Source: Marsupella aquatica
Lineage: Eukaryota; Plantae; Marchantiophyta
Length of the DNA stretch: 64,000 nucleotides
NCBI GenBank assembly: GCA_973895155.1
Contig: OZ316897.1
Coordinates: forward strand, 12,709,375-12,773,374
Direction of reading: 5' to 3'
Part shown: piece by piece, positions 49,901 to 62,157 of the stretch
How the letters are laid out: the number at the start of each line of letters is the position of its first letter
Numbering within the stretch: position 1 is the stretch's first letter
Program-made: the position numbers and the translations under genes
Notes under the pieces: generated by a model
Database searches by the model: none
Told to the model about the DNA's origin: nothing
Seen by the model: only the letters and a program-made list of their open reading frames with translations

Positions 49901-51262
49901 TTCTAATCCTTGGCCAGAATATATGATGACAAGAGTACAAAGAGTCTGAACAGGGAAGAAACATTTTTCTAAGCATTGAATTTACATATAGGTTTTAGAC
50001 TTTGTAGCCAGAGGTGCGGAATTAGCATAAATCAATTATTTCAAATGTTTGGTGGCGTCATGGCAGGCTGAATATTATTTTCACAAATGTCCAGGTTAAA
50101 CAGCAATTCAATAATGTCTTCTCCATATTCATAAATCGTACCTACAACCTATTATATACACTCAAAAGTCAGTGTGTACGTATAGATACTTCAGAAATTT
50201 CCTAGAAATTAGAATTGGACTTTTTTTAGCTTTCGCAAAAGCTCTAAGACTTTATCATTGAAAGCTACATTTTAAAAACTCAATTAATTATTGTGCAAAA
50301 CCTAAAATATTCTTTAATTATTGTGCAAAACCTGAAAGTGATGCTGCCATGGACCAAGGCCATGAATAATGCAACCCTCATGATACCTTGTACACTTTCA
50401 CTCCCTAACTACTGTACCTTCTTCTTTCCAAAAAGTTTTCAACAACAAAATTCAACCTTCAATATCTCCCTTTCTATCCTATAAAAAGGTTTGTCTGAAT
50501 CAACTTGGAAAGATCTTTTCAACCAGTTTAATGGCTCTAGTTTTCAGAAAAATTCATAAATTTGTGGTTTCTTTGATGTTTGATAATCTCCAACGATATG
50601 AGGCTGTGGAAAGCTCCTTTCAAGACGTTTCTAAGCTTTCTAAGCATACCAGAGGTTTCATGTACAGACAAGAGTCATTGGAAATGGGTTGAGGGCCATC
50701 TGGATTTGAACTTCCAAGTTTACTACTTTGTGAAATGTTGGAACGAAGGAAGAGAAGGAAATCAGTGAATGCGCTCTCATAGTGGAATGTTTGGGCTGGG
50801 TTCATAGTAAGACAGTGATTTGGAGACTGATAGTAGATAGATAATGAAGGGCAACATGGAATCCAAAATTGAAATTTATCCATGCAATTAGCTTCAATGA
50901 TCATGAAGGTACAAGCAATTAATTTGAAATTAGGGAAAGCAGATAAGCACTAGTATGGACATCCAAATGACTTCATTTTCCAGTTTCCTCAGTGAGCTCA
51001 TCTAATCAGCTTCATGTTCCAGGATGCTCCATGATCCCACTTGCTCTATTCACAAGATCAAGGTGGTCATGTCGAATTCAAACATTGGGGCACATAACTT
51101 TGATACAACACTTGAAGATACTTCTGATTACTTGTCTATGTTGGTTATAGAGTTTAAAAACCACCATAGGGAGATGGAAGATGGGGTACAAAAACTAATT
51201 CTTTTTACTTTAGGGTGAACAAGAACTCAAAACATCTAAAGTGATAGAGGCTCCATATGTAA

Positions 51263-52808
51263 TAATCTGAGGTTCATACCCTCAGCCAGTACCTTGCCTC
51301 AATCTCTCTCAATTGACCAACTCTTGCGTCTTCTTGACAAGTAGCTACAACTGTCCAAACAAGACAACTACGAGTTGAAGAGTCTTCTCGCAAATTGGCA
51401 GGTACAAACTCTTAACGACATGCATGATGCTCAGAATAGAGAATCTGGCCAATGGAAGACTTTGGCTGAAATGCAAGGTAACATCAGGACCACCAGGCCA
51501 CGGGGGGTACTAGCCTTGAATAGCCTGCTGAATATCCTTATTGGGAGCCAAGGAAAAGCTGATGTCCGCCTTGCTAACCTAACAGGATGGAACTGGGAAT
51601 GGGCTGATGGCGAACAACATGGCTGGAATCTCCCCACACACATTTGGGCCAGCATGAATAGGGATCGCAACATGCCAATCCTCAATCTCAATCGTAGATG
51701 GCACTTGCTGGACACCACCACAATGTGGCACCAGCGATGGAAACACTTGTGGAGAGGCTGGAGTGCACCTAAAGCCAGACTTGTTATTTGGAAAGTTTTA
51801 CATGCTGGCTTTTTTACTAATTCTCGCGCTCTTAAGTGGGGTCTCAACAATGGCCTGTGTCCCAATTGCAGCTGTACTACATTGGAGAATTCTGATCACA
51901 TGTTCAGAGATTGCCCGGCTATTACTCAAAGGTGGGATCTCCTTGAACACGTTGCACACGATACAGTTTTTGACAAAGCTGTTGGGTTCTCGCTTTTTGG
52001 CAAGATTGACACTGCCATCCGGACCCAGAAGAGAAATCCAGGGCAAATGCTTTTGCTGGCGGAAATGCTCAATACTCTTTGGCTTGAAAGATGCCCAAAA
52101 ATTTTCAACGCACCCTCTACTAGATTTCCTCTGCATCTCATCCTTAACAGCGCCATGCTGCATGCTAACATTCTTCTTCAACAAACGAAGACTCTCAGAA
52201 AGAAATCTGCTATCACTAAGGCCAGAGATGGACTTGTTACCATGGTCACTAGAGCCACTGACCGGCACAACAACACGGTTACCAGCAACCATGCAAGAAC
52301 AACCTAGAATTTGGGTTATTGGTAGGATTGGTATGGGCTGCCTCACCTCCCCTTGGTTGGGTGGTGGTTGGCAAGCCTGTAGTGGCAGCACCTCATACTC
52401 TGATCACAATAGTAAGCAACTTAAGAGAAGGTCTCTTTTCTTTAAGAATTGGTATACTAGGTGGGATTATTCTGAACCTAGAGCCTTTGCTTTCTCTCAT
52501 TGGAAGCCCATCAATTGGAACTGCCATTTTGTGCACTGGAGGTGGGACTGTAGGTGGATTCATTTTTTGGCCATTAGTAGGTGGTTGACTAGGACTCATT
52601 CCCGCCCTAAAGTCTTAACTTAGGGCCCTGGGGCTTTGTTTCTTGGGCGCCGGTGCTGCTGCGGCCTTCGCCGGGGTTCTTTTTCTTGCTGCTGGGGTTT
52701 GCCCCTTGCCCCCCCTCTGGTCCTCGCCGTGGGGTTTCTTGGGGTTTTTTTCCGTGAAATAAATTTATTTAAAAAAATAATTTAAAAAAAAGAAAAAAAA
52801 GAAAAAAA
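51263..52808 (+). mobile_element. 5'-truncated L1-like LINE retrotransposon
   Basis: Perfect 20-bp TSD GATAGAGGCTCCATATGTAA at 51243-51262 and 52809-52828; AATAAA followed by an A-rich tail; ORF remnant with a zf-RVT CCHC motif. Confidence 0.95.
51375..52307 (+). pseudogene. LINE ORF2 C-terminal fragment (zf-RVT)
   Basis: WKHLW...PKARLVIWKVLH...TNSR...CPNC...ENSDHMFRDCP...W...LWLERC.KIF. No ATG start; reverse transcriptase domain missing. Confidence 0.88.
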
Positions 52809-53204
52809 GATAGAGGCTCCATATGTAAGACACCCAAGAGAGAATGAAGAGAACTACAAATGTTCATAGATGACTGGAGAGATGACTGTCATGTTTTCTT
52901 GCCACATTTCACTACTTGCATAATCTATACTATATGAGCAGAAAGAGGGGTTTTGCTGCAATACATCTCGGTGGTTGCAAAAATCTATCCAAGCCTTTTG
53001 GCAAGCATGGAGGTCCATCTGGGCTTCAATTTTCTCAATCCATATTTTGATGTAATTTGGAAAACACTATGTCGTGTTGATTTAATATTTGTTTGGTCTA
53101 TCTTCATTTTTGCTGGTCCATTCAGGCTTCAAAATTGTTATTTGGCCTGTTCATATTCCATCAGAAACATGTCAGCATAATGTCGGATGGAATACACATC
53201 CCAG

Positions 53205-53789
53205 AACCTTTTGTCCTTTTTTTTGGTCTGAAATGGAGCACTTTACTTAATCGGAAAGTAAAACCCAATAAAACAGGGAATAAAACGGCCAGACCACAAA
53301 AAAGATCACAGGCCAACCATCACATGAAGACCAAACACATTTGGTCAAGCAGACAAGGGCCAGCCAGGAGAAAAAGAGCGGAAAGCGACCAGATCACTGC
53401 CCACAGAAAAACAAAAGACACCACCACAGAAATGAGGGTTGACTCAGTCCAAGGTGCAGAGATCCAAAAAAATTAAGATCTGACCAACTGCATCCAAGCA
53501 AAAAACCGTAATGAAGGGATGCCTATCCGCAGAAACAAAGAATCAAAATACTACACAAGCAACAAAAACCCAATGCAAAATCAAGGCAGATCAAACAACC
53601 AAACTGGGCTGAAGTCCACAATCAACTGACTATTCTCCAAGTGGCCACAACACCATCCCTACCTAAATCACGGCACATCCTACCAACAAAATCCTGACTA
53701 TGACCACCTAATCTACAACATGCAGACCCTTAAGGCAGGCAATCCTAAGATACAATTGGAAGTCCTTCCAAATACAAATCTTGATTTCT
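53205..53789 (-). mobile_element. Short reverse-oriented non-LTR retroelement 3' fragment
   Basis: 24-bp perfect direct repeat TGTCGGATGGAATACACATCCCAG at 53181-53204 and 53790-53813, with a T-run (poly-A on the minus strand) just inside the left copy. Confidence 0.7.
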
Positions 53790-56700
53790 TGTCGGATGGA
53801 ATACACATCCCAGGGCCTTTTATTCTCACAGGCTTCTTAAACTCTCACATAGGATTAATGTAAAATCTCATTAGAGTAAAATTTGTTTGATCTTCACACA
53901 AAGAACACTTTTAAATCCCATCCAACTACAGCTTGAACTAAAATGTTTGGATAACGATCCCATCGAAGTTCCGACTCTGGCTGTTTTGCTCAAACTTTAA
54001 AAATGACTATTTGCTAAAAACAAACTCTTAAACAAGTAGAACAAAACAAAACAAATAATTTATTTACGGACCCCACTAGAGGTCCCTTCCAAAATTCCTG
54101 GCACCACATTGTGCCACGTCAGCAACAACCGCAACAAACAAGACTCATCAGTTTTGTGAATCAAACTTATAATTTTCATTCGTGTTTGTGTCAATTTGAG
54201 TGTAAATTTTGGGATGCCATGCCGTAAAAAGAAAAGTAAAAAATTAGAAATGTAAATAGCAAGACGGTTAAAACTGTACCATTTCTAATTTCCAATTTTA
54301 AAAATTAAATTCAAAGATTTATAAAAAATGTTTTTCATATAATAAATAATGACTAATAAGTAACTTGATAACTTCCTTGTCAAAGGGTAATTGGCACCTG
54401 GAGTAAGATTTTCGGCTCTTTGCAATTAAGGTAAACTGCTAGCCATGGTCCAAACTTGAACACTCAATGAACTGAAACAATTCATTTGATCAGACATTCA
54501 TCTAATTGTAAATGTTACAAATTGAATTTTGATTCTAGTAGCTTGAGAATTTGGTAACATGTACCTAAAAGGCCTGATTTTGAAAACTATTTGTGATAAC
54601 TAGGCTATCAATTAGTCAAGGGGTCCACTAACTAATTCTAAATTTAAACCGGACTATGTGGGCATATGGCACACATTTTATATTCGAGTAAACTAAGACG
54701 AGTGAGATACTATATGCTACGTACCTAGTATAGAGGTACAGTGTCGTGAGGTGGAGCCGAGGCGAGCCGAAGCGAGCGGCATAATAACAGGAGGAGCGCA
54801 AAGCGAAAAACTGAAAAATGGGGGGAGTTGCATTGGACTCCGACGGAGCAGCCGGAGACGTCGGATGCACCACGGACGGGTGAGATTAACGCATTCAAAC
54901 GCGCGGATTGCCGTTGCGTGGGTTCGGGTGGGGCCACCACAGCACCGGTCATGCTCGGTCCCTCCCCGGTGGCTGGCCCCGACGGCGAGACGACGACGGT
55001 GGTCAGAGAACCGGTGATGTGTGGTTACTACTCCGGTGTAACCACTTTACGTCCCTGCTTTACGACCCGTGACTGTCACCCTCGCACTGACACCCCAGAG
55101 AGTCAGTGACGAGCGTACCGAGGACGGGTACGTGTTATTGTCTACCTTTCCTTTTCTTCGTCTTTTTCAAATCAAGGCGATGATAGTAGTGCCAAACGTG
55201 TTCCAAGAACCCCCACTTTTAACGCCCCTTGTTGTTTTCCTCTTTTCCTGTTTGTGATTTTCAGAGCATTTAGGAAGAAGAATGCAAAGTCAAGATTTGG
55301 ATCAGCTCATTGTAAATATTTTACTCTGATTTTTAGAAAAGTTGATAATAATAAGATAAGTTTCTTTAGACCCTTAAGAGCTATAGGTAACCTGTAGCTA
55401 CCATCAAAATTAACTTTTTCCTGAAATTGTGAAACAAACCCGCACACTGGTAGAGGAGAGCGAGTGGAATGTGGAAAAAGGGGGAGATCTTGGACACTTC
55501 CCACTTATATATGGCTCGTGGTGGTTTAAGTGTATTACGTTCCTGTTAACAGAAATATTGGTACCTGCACTTATGTTGGGCTTAACAAAAACCAAGCTAT
55601 TGAGGCTAGGAATTGTAAGTGTAGCATGGTAGTGGAACAACCACACCCAGCAACACATAGATAGTGATATAGATCATATTTTCCAACATACCACACACAA
55701 TAACACATCTCCTATAGCACACGTTTGCAGAGTATTCCCAATGGCTTTGTCCAGCCTAATCCAACACATACACCTCCACACAATTTATAAACCTTTTATA
55801 ATTTGCATACAATTTGCATCAATTTGCAAAGGTTGATAAAGCAGCCCTACATCTTAAAGAATACAAATATGGTATCCATCCACCTGCATGACTATGTGAG
55901 CATCAATCTATTGTTGCCTTATGCAGACAACATAGAAGGCTCTACTCTGTAGTTCTCTGGGCCATTTATGGATTACTAAAGGTAGGGATTGAATATCACT
56001 TAGAGTAAGGCAATTTCATATCAAAGTGTTGGGAATTTTTTTTCCTACCAATAAGTGTGGTAGTCCATGTTCCATGGCGAAGGCCCTTACAGTAAGTGGA
56101 ACACATACACATTGCACCAATGCTATAGTCAATAATAAATCATAATAACTTTTGGGTATTTCTAGTGCTAGTGTGCAATGGGGAAGTGCTTCAGTAGAAT
56201 GCAGGGAGTACATACAACTTCCATAGCATTATATTCAATTCCTATCAATGAGACCTCAAGCAGATACAAGCAAGTATGTCTTGAAAATGGGAGAAACATC
56301 AAGCAGCGCAATATCTTGTGGATTCACACAAAGATAAATTGTCAGAGAGCAAGAGAGAAATATGTGAAGAGAAGCTGTCTAAAAGTGGAATGCAAAGAAA
56401 CAACCCAACGGGCCAGAGAGAAGAATGACTGGACATTGCGGGAGGGACCGGCATGGTGATACTTCCTTGCGACGTTGTCAACACAAATTGGGACAACAAC
56501 ATATTGCAACGACATCCGTGTAGCACTTGAGAATTACTTCATGTTCATAACAAAACTATGGCCGCAATGACAACATGGTCGCAACGACACATATGATACC
56601 TCAACAACTTCGTCAAGAACTTCCTTGCCTCACTTGCATTTGTTTGACCTCAATTCAACCCCATGACTACAATGACCACATGGCTTTGATAATCTCATGG

Positions 56701-58999
56701 TCACAACAGTTGCATGACCATCATGACAAAATGGTCACAACAACACAGAACATGTCTTATCTCACCTGCATTTTCTTGTCTCTCCTCGACATCTTTGTCT
56801 CTCCTTGACATCTTTTGTGCAATGCACAGGCATAGGGCTACTAGTTAGTTTACCTAATCCTCTACATTTAGATGTACTAGATCAAAGTTAGAGGTTATTG
56901 AGCTAAATAGGATGAATTCAATGTGATTCTGAATTCATTGTCATCTAACAATCTCACACACCTGCCCAAAGAGGCATGGCTGTTTTGTATCTGAGTTGAC
57001 ACTCAGGTAGTGGGTTCAAATGTTCTGATTGACTGTTCCCTTTGGGGTTTTCACAGATTTCCTCTCCAAAAATCCAACCCCAAAAAACAATCTCAGTGAC
57101 CTATTTTTGTTTTTTTAACCACAACTCTTGGTATAATAGGCCTCTGGTATGTATACGACCATACCTTCGTGTATCGGCACCTATCGTTCAGGAGAGGAGG
57201 AGGAAAATTGGAATCTGTTTTGTTTTTATCATCATAAATCTTTATTCATATTTGAAATGGAACAACACAGCCAAAGGTCTCATTGTGATCTATCTTTCAA
57301 GCCATAGACTGTCTCATGACATGGATAGACAAGAGTTTAGAATGTGATAGAAAATGGGCAGCTAAGATTGCAATAGCAGAAAATCAATGGCCAGGTTTTG
57401 TCAATGGGTGTGCCAGCGTTGAAACTAAAAAAAAAAGCAATGTCCGCCCACTTTACTGAGAAAAACTAAGGAAGTTTTTGGCTCATCATTGACAGTTTGA
57501 ACAACTACAATTGCTGGCCATCATGTCGGGTTGCTCATGTCAATTCATTGGTACTTGGGGAGAGGTAGAATAAAGGTTTTAGGAAAAAGTAGTTTAGCCA
57601 CTCACTAGGCGATAGTGTAGGCATCGTCAAATTATGTCCCAGCTTGGGTTTTGGCCTTCTACAAGAGAAGCTGATTGCCAGAAAATTACATTGTTCATAT
57701 CTTGTTTCTTTTAGTTTTGTTGTTGTCATTCTGCCTCTAAAAGCAAGACAATTGGATTGAGGTAGGGAAGGTTGATTTTGTTGCGAGAGTAAAAATAACG
57801 CATTTGTTATAATTTACTTGCTTTCTACAATTCTTTATATCATTATTTTCCTCACACTTATTCTAAGTAATTAATTTGGGTTTTATCATTTCACGTATTT
57901 TTATTAAAACACATGAAATGAGGGCTTCTTTTGTTAGGAATTGACTCGAGTTCTTGACTTTAGTTAGTTTGGCCTTACTAGGGTTAATTAACCCTGGATT
58001 ACATTAGGACAGGATTCATTTTGTTTAAGCCCACACATCTCGCCCCCCTGGGGGTATAGGTTGGATTGAGAGCTTTTTCTCTCTCATTTTTCACATGTAC
58101 TTTCTTATGAGCTATGGATCCTTCAGAAGTTTCTCCATTGTGGTGTCTTGTTGGTGTAGTGTGATATTGAGTGCTTTCATGTTCCACATTGTTGACTAGT
58201 TTGGAGTTGACGGTTTCTTACATCTTCACCCATATTTTGATTTTATGGTTCCAAGTATTCTGACCAAAGCCCATAAAAAATGAGGCGCTTCTTCTCCACA
58301 ATAGTTCCTAACATTTTGTTTTAATTTTAAAAATATTCATCTATTTTTGAAACACGTCCAGCTTATGCATAGCTTTCTTTTGAGCCCAATGAGAGATCTG
58401 CTTTATTCTCCATATTAATTGTTCCCCAACATTTTGTATTCATTGTTGTCATTTGAAAAATATTCACCCATTTTCAATACTGGAAATACCCATCCCTCCA
58501 GCTCATTGATATCTTTCTTTCCAGCCCAATGAGAGATCTGACTTTTGGTGAAAGGTAGATATTAGGATGTCTCACAGCTTCAGAGTATTGGAGGATGGCT
58601 TTTGGCCATGACGTTTCCATAGGCTTATGTAAAAGTTTTTTTTTGTTAACACTGGCCACTACACTGACTTTTGGTCATGGCATGCAACATCAATCTTTAT
58701 GGCAAAAAGATATGGATCATGAATTTGGTAATCCATGACATTTTCCATCCCTAACCTTAACTGGTAAGTCCATCAAATTTGAGGTTTGAGACCCCCCTGT
58801 TGTGCTCAGTTCAACATATACAAGTCATAAGAGATCTATTCCCTCCTACCCCTTTGATAAGCAACTTGATGACACATACAAGTTACATCAAACAAAATCC
58901 CACCATGCCACTAAAGAGTAGGCCAGCACTAATAGGGTGAGGTAGGCTCACCAATTGAAAAATCCTCTCCCACCAGATCTCACCTACACCAGGACAGAT

Positions 59000-59210
59000 A
59001 TACTTGACGGACCCCTAGATTGAAACATGTTACTTGACGGACCCTTTGGGGTTTTGGGTAGGTTCATTGAAACATGTTACTTGACGGACCCTTTGGGGTT
59101 TTGGGTAGGTTCATTTAAGGTCCAACGATGAATCCTTTGGGGTTTTGGGTAGGTTCATTTAAGGTCCAACGATGAATCCTTTGGGGTTTTGGGTTGGTTC
59201 ATTTAAGGTC
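59000..59210. repeat. Tandem ~43-48 bp repeats (GGACCCTTTGGGGTTTTGGGTAGGTTCATT core, 4 copies)
   Basis: Direct reading; further duplicated blocks at 59255-59345 and 59485-59640. Confidence 0.85.
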
Positions 59211-62157
59211 TATCAATGGACTGCATCACTCATGAGATACATAGAAGTAACACTTCATTTTGGGGGGTCCATCAAGTATATTTCTCCCTACACCATTCCA
59301 AGCATAGGGGCATCAAGTACATCTCCCTACACCATTCAAAGCATGGAGGCACTGCTGAATTTCTTCCCACACCAATCAGAGCATCCAGGCTGAGCTGAAT
59401 TTCTCCCCCAGCTCACCACTTCTGGCAAGCACAAGCACCTTCAACATCAGCTCGCTAGTGCATATTGGCGACCCGGGTTTCTCTACTCTAGCTCGCATTA
59501 CTCTAGCTCGCATTGAGGTCCTGTCCTGCAATGACTTCAAGACTCTGGGGCCGGTGGAAAAATGTCAAGGTTGCTCTGCTCGAGAGAGCATTGAGATCCT
59601 GTCTTGTGAAGACTTCAAGACTCTGGGGCCGGAGGCAAAATCAGTGGGACACATTCCAAGGTGCGGCATGCTACCTGTGTGCAGGCACACTAGCTTAGAA
59701 CCACTGTCTGGTACAGGTCCACAAAATAGCTAGACTGGTAGTCGAGGTTTCCTTGCTCTGGCTCACAAAGAGGGAGCCCTGGAACCTCTTCGAGACCCAA
59801 ACCTCCCAAAACAGGTGTGACACATTTCAGCTGTGGCCTGTGAGGCATGCTAAGCGTTCTAAACCCTAAACCCTAAAAGTCCCTGTCCTGCGATGACTTC
59901 GAGCCAGGTGGGACACATTTCGGACTGCAAAACGGGTGATATTACGGATTTAGCAAGAATGGTGTTTAGGCTAGTATACAAACGTTGACTCTGGCACTAA
60001 TTTAGGAATGAGAACTCAGAATCCAAATCTGTGCATCACAAATTCCAACATTTAGCTCTTTTCAAGAAACAAAAAGGCCATGGTCTGGCTTTTTTCCGTT
60101 GTAGATGACTCTAAGAATTTCAAGAAAGGGAATCAGTTTTACATCTCAGTTTTCATAACTCAGGCACTATAATAACGCTTCACAGAAAAGCCTGGCCCAG
60201 AACCGCGTATCACTCAATATATTTCAGGGACCAGAATTTGCAACTTCCTGAGAAGTCAGTGCACTACCACACTTCATTACAATCGCTTGCTTACAAAAGA
60301 TAACACTTAGCAAAGACTGTAGACTCTCGCCATAATCTAATGCAAATCTAGACATAAAAAGTTGCAGCCTCACTTCCAATGGAGTACAGCAGATATTGGG
60401 CAATATTAGGTTAATTAAAGCATCCACTGCTTTCTATTACAATCTCTGTTAAAATGAACATAACTATCTCCTTACAGGGTCCTATCACCATATTTAAATA
60501 CAAAGATCTGGAAGTGGTACACACATAATTTGTATCCACAACTCAGATACATTTACTTTCTCTACAATGTCATGCTAAATCCCGAACTACATCGAGTCAG
60601 CCTTCCTACACTACATAGCTGGTGGACGGCATGGGCTCACCATCACTGACCCACCGCCACAATACTAAAGGTACAAATAGTAACCAAAGCTAGGCTGAGC
60701 ACACCACATTCAGAAGAAAACTAGAAGGTAACCGAACTTTTGATATGGAGCCAAAATAAACTGAAACTTGAGAAACTACAGATGGTTTTTAAACTATAAA
60801 AACTTGTGCCCGAACATAGCAATGAACTAAGTCCGGAATGTGCTTCAGAGATCTGCTCGTCTTTCTCCGCCATTTGAGAGCTCCATCTGGAAACACACGT
60901 ATCTAAAGAGATAAACTCCTCCTCACCCTCTTGTCAGTGATGCTATACGCATAAGCTCATGACATTGACTGAAGAGAACGACTCCAACCCATCATTGCTG
61001 ATTACAAAAAGGCTTGGGATCACGACTCAATTGGTCGAAATTAAAAAATGCATATGGCATGTCTTTCACGTTTTTCCACTCTCAGAAGTAGCCCACTTCT
61101 GACATTGACCATTCAAGAAGGCACTAGGTTGGGTGAGATGATTCAAAACCAACTTGCCCTCATCAGAACAATTATCTACTGTTGTGGATCTAACACTGAA
61201 CTACTCTTTGTTTTTTTATATGTTCCTTACAATTAGCTACCTGACCAAAACACACCAACCTCCCAAGGAAACATGCATTTACTGGTCACGAACTGAAAAC
61301 GTCTAAAGGATCTGCTTGATAAGCAATTCATGAACAAAGTAGTGTGTGAATAGCTTTCCAGATCTGTGTTGTTAGGCAAGTACCAGCCGACGCTGACAGG
61401 ATAAACTTCGAATATTGCGCCAATCCCTGAAGATGTTAATAGAGAAGTTCGAAACGTGTACCTGATCCAGCTGAACGTCTTTGGTAAAACGTACTGAAGA
61501 GAATTTCGTGAAGCTGAACACCTGCTTTGCCAATTAATGCCCGTAAACCTGAATCAAGACAGGTTGGCCAAAGGACAACAGCATTGATATTGACGTCTAC
61601 CCAGGACAAATGAACGAGGGAGCAGAGAAGAGATCGGACAACAATCGTTCCAAAACCCATACGTCACAGGACCACAACATCTGAGAAACGAAACATCAGA
61701 GACCTGCCATGCGCCAGAGCAGATAGACATCAGACGCAATTGCCACTAGTGCTACTGATAGGCTCTGCTTCAAACAAAGATTGTATACAGTGATTGTATT
61801 CGGATTCTCATCACTCAACAACACGTGGTATCAGGTGCTTCGTCAAATTCACAAAGAAGACTTGTAATGTAATCAGCTCCTAAAATTCAGTGGAGCTTGA
61901 AGGTAACCTCTTTTAATGTACTTGTAGAAAGTAAGAATGTACCTATCATCACACACACAAATTATCCACAATATATAATAAATTGGGTGACCTTTCAGGG
62001 CTAGACATACAACTAAAGTTCAAGTCAGATAAAGAGAGGGAATGCCCCAGAGACAGAAGGCTTTTTTCTATCGGTCCCCTTTCATCTCTTACAAAGAATT
62101 GTTGAAAGTGAATGGCCGTTACAGTTTCTATAACATTCACCCCTGCAAAAATTCAAT

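Larger units (their letters stand above)
47254..54634. mobile_element. Large DNA-transposon relic bounded by inverted repeats (outer ~25-bp IR; inner ~330-bp IR at 47760-48090 / 54065-54380)
   Basis: 47760-48090 is the near-identical reverse complement of 54065-54380. Outer TAGTT..TGGACCCC.TG.CTAAT (47254-47278) pairs with 54611-54634. No intact transposase ORF. Confidence 0.7.

Noticed and set aside
49728-49949. APVHRLNQTV resembling the hAT transposase CxxHRLNL motif
   Set aside because: Cys is absent and no other catalytic motifs are seen; too weak to assign a superfamily.
51763-52623. 286-aa alternative-frame ORF, 197-aa antisense ORF and a hydrophobic 89-aa ORF in the LINE
   Set aside because: They overlap the zf-RVT frame or the A-poor 3' UTR, where stop codons are depleted; no recognisable domains.
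54640-55170. Telomerase RNA or snRNA gene (USE-like GCCCACATAG on the minus strand, TATA-like motifs)
   Set aside because: USE/TATA order and spacing do not fit, and no telomere template or Sm site was found.
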